From Squalus acanthias (Eukaryota): a stretch of 64,000 nt of DNA. The notes beneath the pieces were generated by a model. That model did no database searches, had not been told where the DNA came from, and saw only the letters and a list, made by a program, of their open reading frames with translations. Shown piece after piece: positions 13,541-25,265 of the stretch (position 1 is its first letter; each line of letters opens with the position of its first letter). The position numbers were made by a program, and so were the translations under genes. The DNA is taken from positions 148,678,001-148,742,000 of the forward strand of contig CM059431.1 of assembly GCA_030390025.1 (NCBI GenBank), written 5' to 3'.

Positions 13541-13861
13541 GTTAGTTGAGGGCTAGTGCAGGGGGGGGGGACCTCAGAGGAAGTTTGGCACGGTGGGCGT
13601 GAGGAAGGAAGGAGAGTGGCAGATGCAGCTGAAAGGATGTTCTCATTTTAGAGACAAAGAAGTCCATGAGCTCCTTACACTTGTTATCGGAGGTGAGGGT
13701 GGAGGACACAGGCGAGAGGGGTTTAAGAAGACGGTTAGCAGTAGAGAATAGGAACCGAAATTTATCTTTGCATTCCAGAATGATTCTGGGATACTGAGCA
13801 GTTTTGGCAGATGAGAGCAGGACCCGAAAATGAATTATGAGGTCCTGCCTGATCTGTCACA

Positions 13862-14520
13862 CCAGTTAAAGACACAACAGTCACACAGGCTTCTTTAACA
13901 GACAGGACCAGTCACACAGGCTTTTTAAACAGAAAGATCCAGTCACAATGTTTATTAAAGAGACAGTATCAGTCGCACAGACTTCTTTAAGAGACATGAC
14001 AAAACACACTCCTTTTTAAAGAGAAAGACCAGTCACACAATCCTTTTAAAGAGACAGGACCAGTCGCAGAGCCTTTATAAAGAAGCAGGAACAGTCACAT
14101 AGGCTATTTAATGAGACTGAACGAGTCACACCAGCTTTTTAAGGAGACAGGAAAATTCACGTAGGATTTTTAAAGAGACAGGACTTGTCTCACATGCATT
14201 TTACATATACAGGACTGTTCACCAAGGCTTTATAAAGAGACAAGTCCAGTCACACAGGTTTTATAAAGAGACAGTACCTGTCATACAGACATTTTAAAGA
14301 GACAGGACCAGACACAAAGGCTTTTGAAAGAGCCAGCACCAGACAAGGAGGAATTTTTAAAGAGACAGGATCAGTCATACAAGCTTTTTAAAGAGACACG
14401 ACCAGTCACAATGGCTGTTTAATGAATCAGAAACACTGAGAAAAGCTTTTTCTAGAAACAGGACCAGACACACAGATTTTTTAAGAGACGACCCAGTCAC
14501 GCAGGCGTTTTAAGGAGAAA
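13862..14520. repeat. About 31-bp minisatellite, roughly 20 copies
   Basis: Unit approximately AAGAGACAGGACCAGTCACACAGGCTTTTTA. Confidence 0.9.
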
Positions 14521-14761
14521 CAATGGTGAAAGTTCAAGGGTCTAGTAATCCCTCTCGAGCGAAGGCACTAAACAGAAGGTTTCGGACCGGAAATTCTAGG
14601 CCCTCATATCTTTCCTTACAGATTCTTAGACAATTAATGGTCGAACACAGCTGGAAATCTTATCCTGAATATGATCCCTTAGAACCTGTTTATTTTTGCT
14701 GACTCTTAGTTTTAATATGTTTAATTATGCTTAATTTTGAGAAAGGTTCGGTGTATTTTAT

Positions 14762-15212
14762 TTATTCATTCATTCACGGAATGTGGGCATCGCTGGCAAG
14801 GCAAGCCACTTCCTAATTGTCCGTCAGAATGTGGTGGTGAGCCGCCTTCTTGAACCGCTGCAGTCATTGAGTTTAAGATACCCCCAAAGTGTCTGACTTT
14901 GGTGCAACTGTGTGGCTTTCTGGGAAATTTCAGAGGGTAGTTAAGTGTCAACCATATAAGGGCAGCCCAGGTAAGGATGGCAGATCTCCTACCTTAAAGA
15001 TACTCATTGAACCAGTTGTTTTTTTTAACAACAATCCGGTAGTATCACGGTCTCCATTACTGATACCAGCTTTTTAATTCCAAATTTATTTAATTAACTG
15101 AATTTAAATTCCCCAGCATCCGTGGTGGGATTTGAACTCGATGTCTCACGCATTATTAGTCCAGGCCTCTGGAATACCAGTACAGTAAAATAACCACTAT
15201 GCTAATGTATTC
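14762..15212 (-). mobile_element. tRNA-derived SINE
   Basis: B box (GGGATTTGAACTC on +), A box (TAACCACTA on +), (ATTC)n tail shared with the second LINE family. Confidence 0.75.
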
Positions 15213-15629
15213 GGTGTCTACAGATAGTAATCCATAATGCTCTTGACGTGTGCATTTTAGGTTTTGCAAATGCTTTGGGGAGTCAGGAGGTGAGTTACAC
15301 ACCTCAGAATCCCCAGCCTCTGACCTGCTGTTATAGTCATTTATGTGGCTTTTCCAGTTGATATTCTGATTAATGGCGCCGCCTAGGATATTGATGATGG
15401 AGGATTCGGTGATGGAAATGCAATTGATGTCAAATGGAGCAATTAAAAATATCCCTTCCTGGAGGTGGTCATCGCCTGTTGCTTGTGTGGAGACAATTTA
15501 CCATAATATCACTAGGGGTGAGGACCTTCAATTATGTGGGAGATTGGAGAATCAAGGATTCTTCGCTTTAGGACAGAGAAGGTTAGGGGGAGATTTAATA
15601 AAAGTGTTCAAAACTTTGAGGCTTCCGAT

Positions 15630-16010
15630 AACCCGCGAGAGTTCAAAAGCAGCGTGAGCAGAGCGAGAGCGATAAAACCCGGGGGAGTTCAAAAGAAACG
15701 GGAGCAGAGCGAGAGCGCCAAAACCCGGGAGAGTTCAAAAGCAGCGGGAGCAGACGCCAAAACCCTGGGGAGTTCAAAAGCAACGGGAGCAGAGCGAGAG
15801 CGCCAAAACCCGGGAGAGTTCCAAAGCAGCGGGAGCAGAGAGAGAGCGATAAAACCCGGGAGAGTTCAAAAGCAGCGGGAGCAGAGCGCCAAAACCCGGG
15901 TGAGTTCAAGAGCAACGGGAGCAGAGCGAGAGCGCCAAAACCCGGGAGAGTTCAAGAGCAGCGGGGGCAGAGCGAGAGAGCCAAAACCCGGGCGAGTTCA
16001 AGAGCAACTG
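15630..16010 (+). repeat. About 40-46-bp tandem monomers (8-9 copies) upstream of CR1 ORF1
   Basis: GAGAGTTCAAAAGCAGCGGGAGCAGAGCGAGAGCGCCAAAACCCGG repeated. Confidence 0.88.
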
Positions 16011-19000
16011 GAGAGGCTGAGATACAAAGTGAGTGTGAGTAAAAAGTAATCGAAGTTTGACGTCACCAGAAAGCAGGTAAGTGATTGGTTGGTGAGTATT
16101 TCTCTATTTCTCGTTTTTTTTTCCAAACTTGAGCGTCTAAAAACTAATTAATTAATTGAGATTGGAGAAAAGGCAATGTGTTGTTGCTGTTGCATGTGGG
16201 AGCTGGTGGACACCATTGAGGTCCAAGGCGACCACATCTGCAGCAAATGATGGCTGCTCGAGGAACTTTGGCTCAGAGTTGATGATCTGGAGTCCGAGCT
16301 TCAGACACTGCGACACATTAGGGAGGGGGAACGTTTCCTGGACACTATGCTCCAGGAGGCAGTCACACCCACTAAATAATTACTTCCAATTTGGCCCATG
16401 GTCAGGGACAAGAGGGTGTGATTAAAAGCGAGGCAGGTATTGGGATCCAGGAAGTAGTGGTGGAGGAGCCTCAGCCCATGGCCATATCCAACAGCTATGA
16501 TATTCCTGCTCCCTGTGTGGAATTGGCCAGGGACTGCAGGGAGGATGAGCAAACTGACCACAACACCGTGGTACAGGGAGCCATTCAAGTGGAGGGAGCA
16601 AAAATAAATGTTGTAGTGATGGGGGACAGTATAGTGAGTAGGATAGATATAGTTCTCTGCAGCCGACAGCGTGAGTCCCGAAGGCTGTGTTGCCTGCTCG
16701 GTGCCAGGGTTAAGGACATATCCTCTGAGCTGGAGAGAAACTTGAAGTGAGAAGGGGAAGATCCAGTTGTCATGATCCACATAGGTACCAATGACATATG
16801 TAGGCCAAAGAAAGAGGTTCTGCTGACAGAGTATGAGCAGCTAGAGGCTAAATTAAAAAAGCAGAAACACAAAGGTAATAATCTCTGGATGACTACCTGA
16901 GCCACGAGCGAATTTGCATAGGGAAAATAAGATCAGATAAATGAACGAGTGTCTCAAAGACTGATGTGAGAGAAATGGGTTTTGATTTGTGGGGCACTGG
17001 CACCATTACTGGGATAAGGGGGAGCTGCTCCGTTTGAACGGGCTTCACTTGAACCATGCTGGGGCTAGATTCCTGGCGAACCGAATAACTAGAGCTTAGA
17101 GAGGGCTTCAAACTAAATAGTGGGGGGGAGGATCCAGGTGAGCGGGAAAATAAGAAGTCAATGAGAAATGAGAAAGCAATAGAGCAGGTTAGAGATGGGG
17201 GAAATAATAACCAGACTGTGATAGGAAGGGACAGAATGCTTAAAAATGAGTGCAACAGAAAAAAAGGCCAAAACAAGGAAAATGTTAATAAAGACAAAGT
17301 TAGAAGTTCTTTATCTGAATGCACGCAGCATTCGTAACAAGATAGATGACTTGACGGCTCAATTAGATACAAATGTGTGAGATCTGATCGCCATTACAGA
17401 GACGTGGTTGCAAGGCGACCAGGGCTGGGAACTGAATATCCCAGGGTATATGACAATTCGGAAGGCTAGAAAGAAAGGAAAGGGTGGTGGGGTTGCTTTC
17501 TTGTTAAAAGTTGGGATCAGTGCAGTGGTGACAAGTGATATTGGCTCAGAATATCAAGATGTAGAACCGGTTTGGGTGTAGATAAAAAATAATAAGTGGG
17601 AAAAGTCTCTTGTCGGCGTAGTCTACAGGCCCCCGATCACTAGCAATGCTGTTGGACAGAGTATAAATCAACAAATAATGGTAGCCTATAAAAAAGGTAC
17701 GGTAATAATCATGGGTGATTTTAATCTCCATATTGATTGTACAAATCAAATTGGCCATGGTAGCCTGGAGGAGGAATTCATAGAGTGCATCCGGGATGTT
17801 TCCTAGAACAGTATGTAATGGAACCAACCAGGGAGCAGGCTATCTTGGATCTGGTACTATGTAATGAGACAAAATTAATAAATGATCTCATAGTAAAGGA
17901 TCCTCTAGGAAAGAGTGATCATAGTATGGTTGAATTTCAAATTCAGTTGGAGGCTGAGAAAGTTGTATCCCAAACCAGTGTACAGATCTTAAACAATGGC
18001 AAATAAAATGTCATGAGGCAGAACTGGCTAAAGTGGACTGGAAAAACAAATTAAAGGGTAAGGAAGATGAATTGCACTGGGTGACATTTAAGGAGATATT
18101 TCCTAACGCTCAACAAAAATATATTCCAGTGAGAAAGAAAGATTTTAAGAGAAAAGTGCACAATCCGTTGCTAACTAAGAAAGTAAAGGATGGTATCAAA
18201 TTGAAAGCGAAGGCGTACAATATTGCCAAGATTGGTGGGGGACCAGAGGATTGGCATTTTTTTTAAAAACCAGCAAAGGATGACTAAAAAAATAATAAAG
18301 AGAGAGAAGATGAATTATGAGATTCAGCTGGCAAGAAACATTAAAACAGGTAGTAAGAGCTCCGACAGATATATAAAGAGGAAGAGGAACGCTAAAGTAA
18401 ACGTTGTTCTCTTAGAGGATGAGACTGGGGAATTAATAGAGGTTAATGTAACACCCCTATTTAAGAAAGTGGGGAGACAGAAAGCAGGAAACTATAGGCC
18501 AGTTAGCCTAACAGCTGCTGTTTGGAAAATGCTGGAGTCCTTCAATAAGGAAGCAGTTGCATGGCTTTAGAAAAACATACTGTAGTCAAACAGATTCAGC
18601 ATGAATTTAGGAAAAGGAAATCATGTTTAACAAATTTGCTGGATTTCTTTGAGGATGTAACACGCAGGTTGGACAAGGGTGAGTAAGTGGATGTGGTGCA
18701 TTTGGATTTCCAAAAGGCATTCTATAAGGTGCCTCATAAAAGGTTACTGCATAAACTAAGAGCTCACGGAGTTGGCGGTAACATATTGGCATGGATAGAG
18801 AATTGGCTAACTAACAGAAAACAGAGATTCTGGATAAATGGCTCAGTTTCTGGTTGGCAAACGGTAACTAGTGGAGTGCCACAGGGATCGGTGCTGGGGC
18901 CTCAACTATTTACAATCTACATAAACGACTTGGATGAAGGGACCTAGTTGAATGTAGCCACGTTTGCGGATGATACAAAGATGGGTGGGAAAGTTGTGCA

Positions 19001-19890
19001 GATGACTCAAAGAATCTGCAAAGGGATATTGACAGGTTAGTTGAGTGGGCAAAAAATGGCCAGATGGAGTATAATGTGGGAAAGTGCGAGGTTATCGACT
19101 TTGGCAGGAAAAATAAAAAAGCAAACCATTATTTTGATGGAGAGAGATTACAAAATGCTACATTTCAGAGGGACCTCTGGGTCATTGTGCATGAAACAAA
19201 AAAGGTTAGCATGCAGGTACAGCAAATAATCAAAAAGGCAAATGGAATGTTGGCCTTTATTGCAAAGGGGTTGGAGTATGAAAGCAGTGACGTCCTGGTA
19301 CAACTGTACAAGTTATTGTTGAGACCACACCTGGAGTACTGCGTACAGTTTTGGTCTCCTGATTTAAGGAAGGATATAATTGCATTGGAGGCAGTTCAGA
19401 GACGCTTCTCTAGTTTAATTCCAGATATGAGGGGGTTGACGAATGAGGAAAGGTTGAGCAGGCTGGGCCTGTACTAATTGGAATTTAGATAAATGAGTGG
19501 TGATCTCATCGAAACATATAAGATACTGAAGGGTCTCGAAAGGATAAGTGCACAGAGGATGTTTCCCCTCGTGGGGAAATCTGGACCTCGGGGCTACAGT
19601 CTCAGAATAAAGGGTCGCCCTTTTAGAACTGAGATGAGGAGGAACTTCTTCCCTCAGAGGGTCGTAAATCTGTGGAATTTTCTGCTCCAGAGAGCTGTGG
19701 CGACTGAGTCATTAAATACATTTAAAGTGGATATAGAAACATTTTTGCAAGATAAGGGAGTGAAGGGTTATGAGGAGTGGGCTGCGGAGGGTCTTTGAGC
19801 CCAAGCTCAGCCATGATCTTATTGAATGGCGGAGCAGGCTAGAGTGGCCAAGTGGCATATCCCTGATGCTATTTCTTATGTTCTTATGAT
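15630..19890 (+). mobile_element. Near full-length decayed CR1 with a tandem-repeat 5' UTR
   Basis: ORF1 SGNH remnants (VVMGDSIV, LCCL.GARV, IHIGTND), endonuclease and RT remnants with an internal deletion near 18440, TTCTTATG tail. Confidence 0.9.
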
Positions 19891-20084
19891 AGAGGAAGTA
19901 AGGGGGAATTTTTCCACTGGCTGACTTGTTATTACCAACTGGCCGAACTTTGATAACGCAGTGAGATGATCTGGAATTAACTCTCTGAAAGGCTGGTGGA
20001 AGCAGATTCAATCGGCTCAGTTGCTAGCAAACTCGCCTCTGAGTTTGTTCAATTCCTACTCCAGCGACGTGATTACAAAAATCG

Positions 20085-21455
20085 AGGATTACACTCCAGT
20101 GCAGTACTTAGGGAGCGCTTCACTGTCGGAGTGGCAGTACTGAGGGATCGCTGCACTGTCGGAGGGGCAGTGCTGAGGGAACACTGCACTGATGGAGGGA
20201 CAGTACTGAGGGAGCGCTGCACTGTTGGTGGGTCAGTACTGAAGGAGAGAAGCACTGTCAGAGGGTCAGTACACAAGGATCACTGCACTGTCTGAGCGGC
20301 AGTACTGAGGGATCGCTGCACTGTCGGAGGGTCAGTACTGAAGGCGCGCTGCATTGTCGGAGGGGCAGTACCGAGGGATCACTGCAGTGTCGTAGGGGCA
20401 GTACTGAGGGAGCGCTGCACTGTCTGAGGGGCTGTACTGAGGAAGAGCTGCACTGTTAAATGGGCAGTACCGAGGGACAGTATTGATGGAGTGTTGCACT
20501 GTCAGAGTAAAACTACTGAGGGAGAGCTCTACTGTTGCAGAGGCATTAATGAGGGAGCGCTGCACTGTCCGAGGGGCAGTACTGAGGGGGCGATGCACTG
20601 TCGGAGGGGCAGTACAGAGGGAGAGCTGCACAGTCGCAGTGCTGTACTGAGGGACCGATGCACTGCCGGAGTGGCAGTGCTAAGGGAGTCCTGCACTGTC
20701 GGATGGTCATTACTGAGGGAGCTCTGTATTCGCGGAGGGGCAATACTGAGGGAGCGCTGCACTGTCTGAGCGACAATACTGAGGAAGAGCTACACTGTCA
20801 AATGTGCAGTACTGAGGGAGCGCTGCACTGTCGGAGGGGCCGTACCGAGGGATCACTGCATTGTCGGAGGGTCAGTACTGAGGGAGCGCTGCACTGTCTG
20901 AGGGGCTGTACTGAGGAAGAGCTAAACTGTCAAATGTGCAGTACTGAGGGAGCGCTGCACTGTCGGAGGGGCAGTACTCCGGCATGGCTGCACTGTCGGA
21001 GGGGCAGTACTGAAGGTGCGCTACACTGTTGAAGGGTCAGTACGGAGGGAGCGCTGAACTGTTTAAGGGACAGTACTGAGGGAGCGCTGCACTGTTGAAG
21101 GGTCAGTACTGACGGAGCGCTGCACTGTTGGAGAGGCAGTACTGAGGGAGCGCTGCACTGTTGTAGGGTCAGAACTGAGGGAGCGCTGCACTGTCGGAGA
21201 GGCAGTACTGAGGGAGCGCTGCACTGTCGGAAGGGCAGCACTGAGCGAGTGCTGCACTGTTGGAACTGCAGGGAGCACTGTATTGTCGAGGGACAGTATT
21301 GGCGGAGTGTTGCACTGTCAGAGTGAAAGTACTGAGGGAGTGCTCTACTGTTGTAGAGGCAGTACTGAGGGAGTACTGTCCTGTCGGAGGGGCCGTCTTT
21401 ATGATGCTCTCTTTGGTCGTTAAAGGCGCTCTATAACTGCAAGTCTTTCTTTCTT
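20085..21455 (+). repeat. 33-bp minisatellite (about 39 copies) expanded inside a SINE
   Basis: Unit GAGGGAGCGCTGCACTGTCGGAGGGGCAGTACT, flanked by SINE core and SINE tail sequence. Confidence 0.9.
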
Positions 21456-21569
21456 AATAGAAATATTCAAAAGGTAATTCGATATATACTTGAAAAGGAG
21501 AAATTTTCTGGACTATGGGGAAACAGCTTAATTGTTCATGACCATTCACGAAAGGAAATGACAGCTTTG

Positions 21570-22260
21570 AAATAATCTGATATAATGGTTGTGGAATCGC
21601 TTGAATCTGTCTAATTTCATCCCACTGAGCACGATGGTAGTGGCACATGATATGGTGGATGTTGTCCTCAGTGTGAAGGCGAGACTTATTCTGTGCAGTG
21701 GTCAGTCCTACTAATATCGTCATGGACAGATTTTTACGCGATATCTAGATTGATGAGGACGAGGTCATGCAGGATATTTTCCCGTGTTGGTTCTCCCATC
21801 ACCTGTCACAATCCTATTCTGGCAGCTCTGTTCTTCAGGGCTCGGTTAATGATGGTGCTTCCGAGTCACTCTTGATGATGGACATTGAAGTCTCCCACTC
21901 ACCATCCAGAGCGTTATATGTTGTGACCTTTCTGCTCTCGGTGCGCCCATCAACTGGTTTTCAGCATGAAGATATGCTGATTCATCAGCAGAATGATGGC
22001 GGTAGGCGGTAATCATCAGGAAGTGTCCTTTCTCATATCTGACTGGAAGCCATGATACTTCATTATATCCTTAGGCAATGTTGAGGGTTCGCAGGATCTC
22101 TCCCAGTCGACTGTATATCCCTGTGCCACCGCCTCTGGTGAGTCTGTCCAGCCGTTGGAACAGGACATACACTGGGATGGTGATGGAAGAATCGGGAATG
22201 TTGACTGATAGTATTGGTTCTGTGACTATGATTGTCCGAGAATTCAATGTTTCCGGAGCG
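21570..22260 (-). mobile_element. Highly decayed LINE endonuclease-region fragment
   Basis: Resembles a LINE APE region (GDFN.HH-like GGAGACTTCAATGTCCATCA on the minus strand). Confidence 0.5.
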
Positions 22261-22462
22261 TTTCATGGAGTATTGAGACGATAACAGGGTATTTATCTCA
22301 TTGGTTAATATTTTAAGCGTTTTCCTTTGATTCCGTTGTGTTAAACATTTGCTGGCTTTATAATTTTCTCCCCCTCTGTAAATCACCATTATAAGATTGG
22401 CAGGTTGATCTCAATCATCAGAAGCACCTTGTTGTTCTTATTCTAGATTCAGGCAAATAGAA

Positions 22463-22650
22463 TGCCCTGGGAATCATCTTGCTGGACGAAGGCGGGAACA
22501 TGTAACCTTGGCAGCCTTGGGAATGAAATTCCTGGACAGAGTCGGGAGCAGTGTTATCTAGGGAGCACTGGAAATGAAATTCCTGAACTGAGGCGGGAGC
22601 AGTGTAATCTCGGCTGCCCTGGGAATTAAATTCCTAGACTGAGGGAGGGT
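22463..22650. repeat. About 52-bp tandem repeat, 3.5 copies
   Basis: GCCCTGGGAATGAAATTCCTGGAC.GAGGCGGGAGCAGTGT.ATCT units. Confidence 0.8.
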
Positions 22651-22989
22651 GAAATGTTGTGCATACGCTCACTTTTAATTTAAAGCTGTGTACAATAATG
22701 TGAGCTAAATTTTGTTGCAGTGAAGTGTTCGGATGATAATGGCTCCATGATTCTGTTGTTGAATGACTGTAATTAATGCCAGTTGCAGTGAGCCCTAATG
22801 ATGTCACTAGGGGATTTCCCTCTGCTCTGAATAAGGAGTTCCATTCACTGTGTGACCTCACACAATCAGCGCGTTCCCTCCAGCACAAAGACTACCAGCC
22901 TGTCACAGAAGGAATGTCATGGGTTCGTGGAGCTCCATGGAAAGTATTCTTGAACTGTGGCAGTTAACTACAATACTTTGGAATAACAA

Positions 22990-23775
22990 CATAAAATGTG
23001 AAAAACACTCAGTAGGTCAGGCAGCATCCGTGGAGAGAGAAAGAGTTAACGTTTCAGGTCTGTGACCCTTAATCAGAACTGAAAAGGTTTCGTGCTGCAA
23101 CAGATTTTAAGCAGGTGCAGGGGCAGGGAAAGGGGGTAGGAGAGGAAAGAACAAAAGGGATTGACTGTGATAGGGTGGAAGGCAGCAGTGGTTAAATGTT
23201 TCAAATAGGGGATGGGAGAATCATCAAAAGCTGCCGTCTGAAAAAAAGGCGTCGAGGTTATGGTCTCTAATTGCAGGACGCACTGCTGAGTCCAGTAGGC
23301 TGTAAAGTGCCTAATAGAAAGCTGAAGTGCTGTTCCTCGAGTTTAAATTGAGCTTCATTGGAACAGTATAAGAAGCAGAGGCCGGAAATGTCAGAATGGG
23401 AGGGGAGCAGAGAATTAAAGTGACAAGAAACCGGAAGCTCAGCGATACGCTTACGGAATGAACGGAAGTGTTCCGCAAACCGATCACCCAATCTGCATTT
23501 GGTCTCCCCAATGTAGAGGAGACCGCATCGTCAGCAGCGAATACAGTATTGTAAAATGCAAGAAGTACAAATACATTGCTGTTTCACCTGGAAGGAGTGT
23601 TTGGGGCCCTGGACATTGGAAAGGGAGAAGTTAAAACGGACGGTGTTGCATCTCCTGCGGTTGCACGGGGACGTTCCGTGGGGATGGTAGGGGCTGTTGA
23701 TGGTGATTAAGGAGTGGACCAGTATATTGTGGAAGGAGCGGATCCTTCGGAATACTGAAAGGGAAGGAGAGGATT
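22990..23775 (-). mobile_element. Penelope-like element 3' fragment (GIY-YIG region)
   Basis: LYIGETK...GDRFAEH, PVSCHFNS and KLEEQH..F.LGTLQP.GL remnants; terminal repeat with degenerate hammerhead core. Confidence 0.8.
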
Positions 23776-23856
23776 ACCAAAGATTTACTATCCCCTTCTC
23801 GCTGTTGTTAATGTTCATAGTAAGTATTTATTAACAATTATTAATTCTCTAAACCA

Positions 23857-24510
23857 CAGTCTACAGAGCTGTAGTGATACCCGCCCTCCTGCATGCTTCA
23901 GAGACGTGGACGATGTACAGCAGGCACCTGAAAGCACTGGAGAGCTACCACCAATGCTGCCTCCGCAAGATCCTGCAAATCCATTGGCAGGATAGGCGCA
24001 CCAAAATCAGTTTTCTCGCTCAGGCCATCAGCCCCAGCATCGAAGCTTGGTCCATGCTCGATCAGCTGCGAAGGAAGGTTCACATCGCCCTCATGCTCGA
24101 TACTAGACTGCCAAAGCAAGCGCTCTACTCGGAGCTCCGACACGGCAGTAGAGCCCCAGGTGGGCACAGGATACGCTTCAAGGATAACCTCAAAGCCTCC
24201 TTGAAAATGTGCAACATCCTCACCAGACTTCTGGGAATGCCTGACCCAAGACCGCACAAAGTGCAGGAGAAGCATCCGGGAAGGCGCCGAACAGCTCGCG
24301 TCTCTTCGCCGGGCGTAAGCGGAAGCCAAGCGAAAGCAGCACAAGGAGCGCTCGTCAACCCAAGCACCCCAACCACCCGCCCCGTCAAACACCGTCTGCC
24401 CTACTTGTGACAGAGACTGTAGGTCCGCATTGGACTCATCAGTCATCTGTGAACTCATTTTTAGTGCGGAAGCAAGTCATCCTCGGTTCCGAGGGACTGC
24501 CTAAGTAGAG
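23857..24510 (+). mobile_element. RTE-clade LINE 3' fragment
   Basis: LLHASETWT, CLRKILQIHWQD, LPKQALYSEL, RFKD.LKASLK; flanked by AAACCA at 23851-23856 and 24511-24516. Confidence 0.88.
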
Positions 24511-24639
24511 AAACCATGTTACACTCTAATATTATTCTTGCAATTTATCGTAAAATACTCTGTTATTAATGGTATTCTGTGTTTCATGTTGTTGCATCTT
24601 TGTTAATGCAAGAGTCGTTTAAAAAGACTGATACTTCGT

Positions 24640-24925
24640 CACTGCTGTTGGTGTTCCTGGTAAGTATATGTATCCAGCGGTTAATTCTATAAATCATGTT
24701 TAACTGTATTACTGTCTTGTCATTTACTGCCCCCACACCCCCTCGCTACTGCTGGTGTTCCTGGTAAATCTCTGTATCCAGCTATTAATTCTATAAATCA
24801 TGTTTAACTGTGTTACTTTTCTTGTCATTTACTGCCCCCACACACCCTCGCTACTGCTGCTGTTCCTGGTAAATCTCTGTATTCAGCTATTAATTCTACA
24901 AATCATGTTTAACTGTATTTCTCTC
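24640..24925 (+). repeat. 104-105-bp tandem repeat derived from the GPCR exon 1/intron junction
   Basis: Three copies of GTTCCTG|GTAA...TTAATTCTATAAATCATGTTTAAC matching 4170-4235. Confidence 0.85.
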
Positions 24926-25129
24926 CATGCCATTCCTGATTCCATCGGCACTGCTGTCGGCTATTGATTCTGAAGGTGATACAGCGCTAATAAGATTCAA
25001 TTGTTCTATATTCAACTTAAGAAAATATATTGGACGAGACTCTTTGCTCAACGAATTCCGTTCTGCTGTCTACACTGAACATGAGTAACAGATCAGAAGA
25101 ATATTGTCTTGGTTGAGGAGATTTTCACC

Positions 25130-25265
25130 TAAAGACGAAAGATCATCGACCTGAAACGTTAACTAACTCTCTCTCCACAGATGCTGCCTGACCTGCTGAG
25201 TATTGAAAACATTTTCTGTTCTTATTTCAGATTTCCAGCATCCACAGTAATTTGCTTTTGTTTTC
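25130..25265 (+). mobile_element. Penelope-like terminal fragment
   Basis: GACCTGAAACGTTAAC...CCACAGATGCTGCCTGACCTGCTGAGT, an inverted homologue of 22995-23080. Confidence 0.7.

Larger units (their letters stand above)
7545..13860 (-). mobile_element. L2 LINE (7545-9230 and 13541-13860) split by nested CR1 insertions
   Basis: QSGFR..S.ETALIKVTN and LLILLDLSAAF..VDH RT motifs; (AAC)n tail at 7545. Confidence 0.8.

Noticed and set aside
14595..14604. Harbinger-like terminus (GGAAATTCTAGGCCC)
   Set aside because: No partner end found; too short to call
20085..21455. CRISPR-like or zinc-finger-like reading of the 33-bp array (also 13862-14520 and 34295-35265)
   Set aside because: Head-to-tail units without unique spacers, no cas genes, eukaryotic context; the His-Cys periodicity is just the translated repeat
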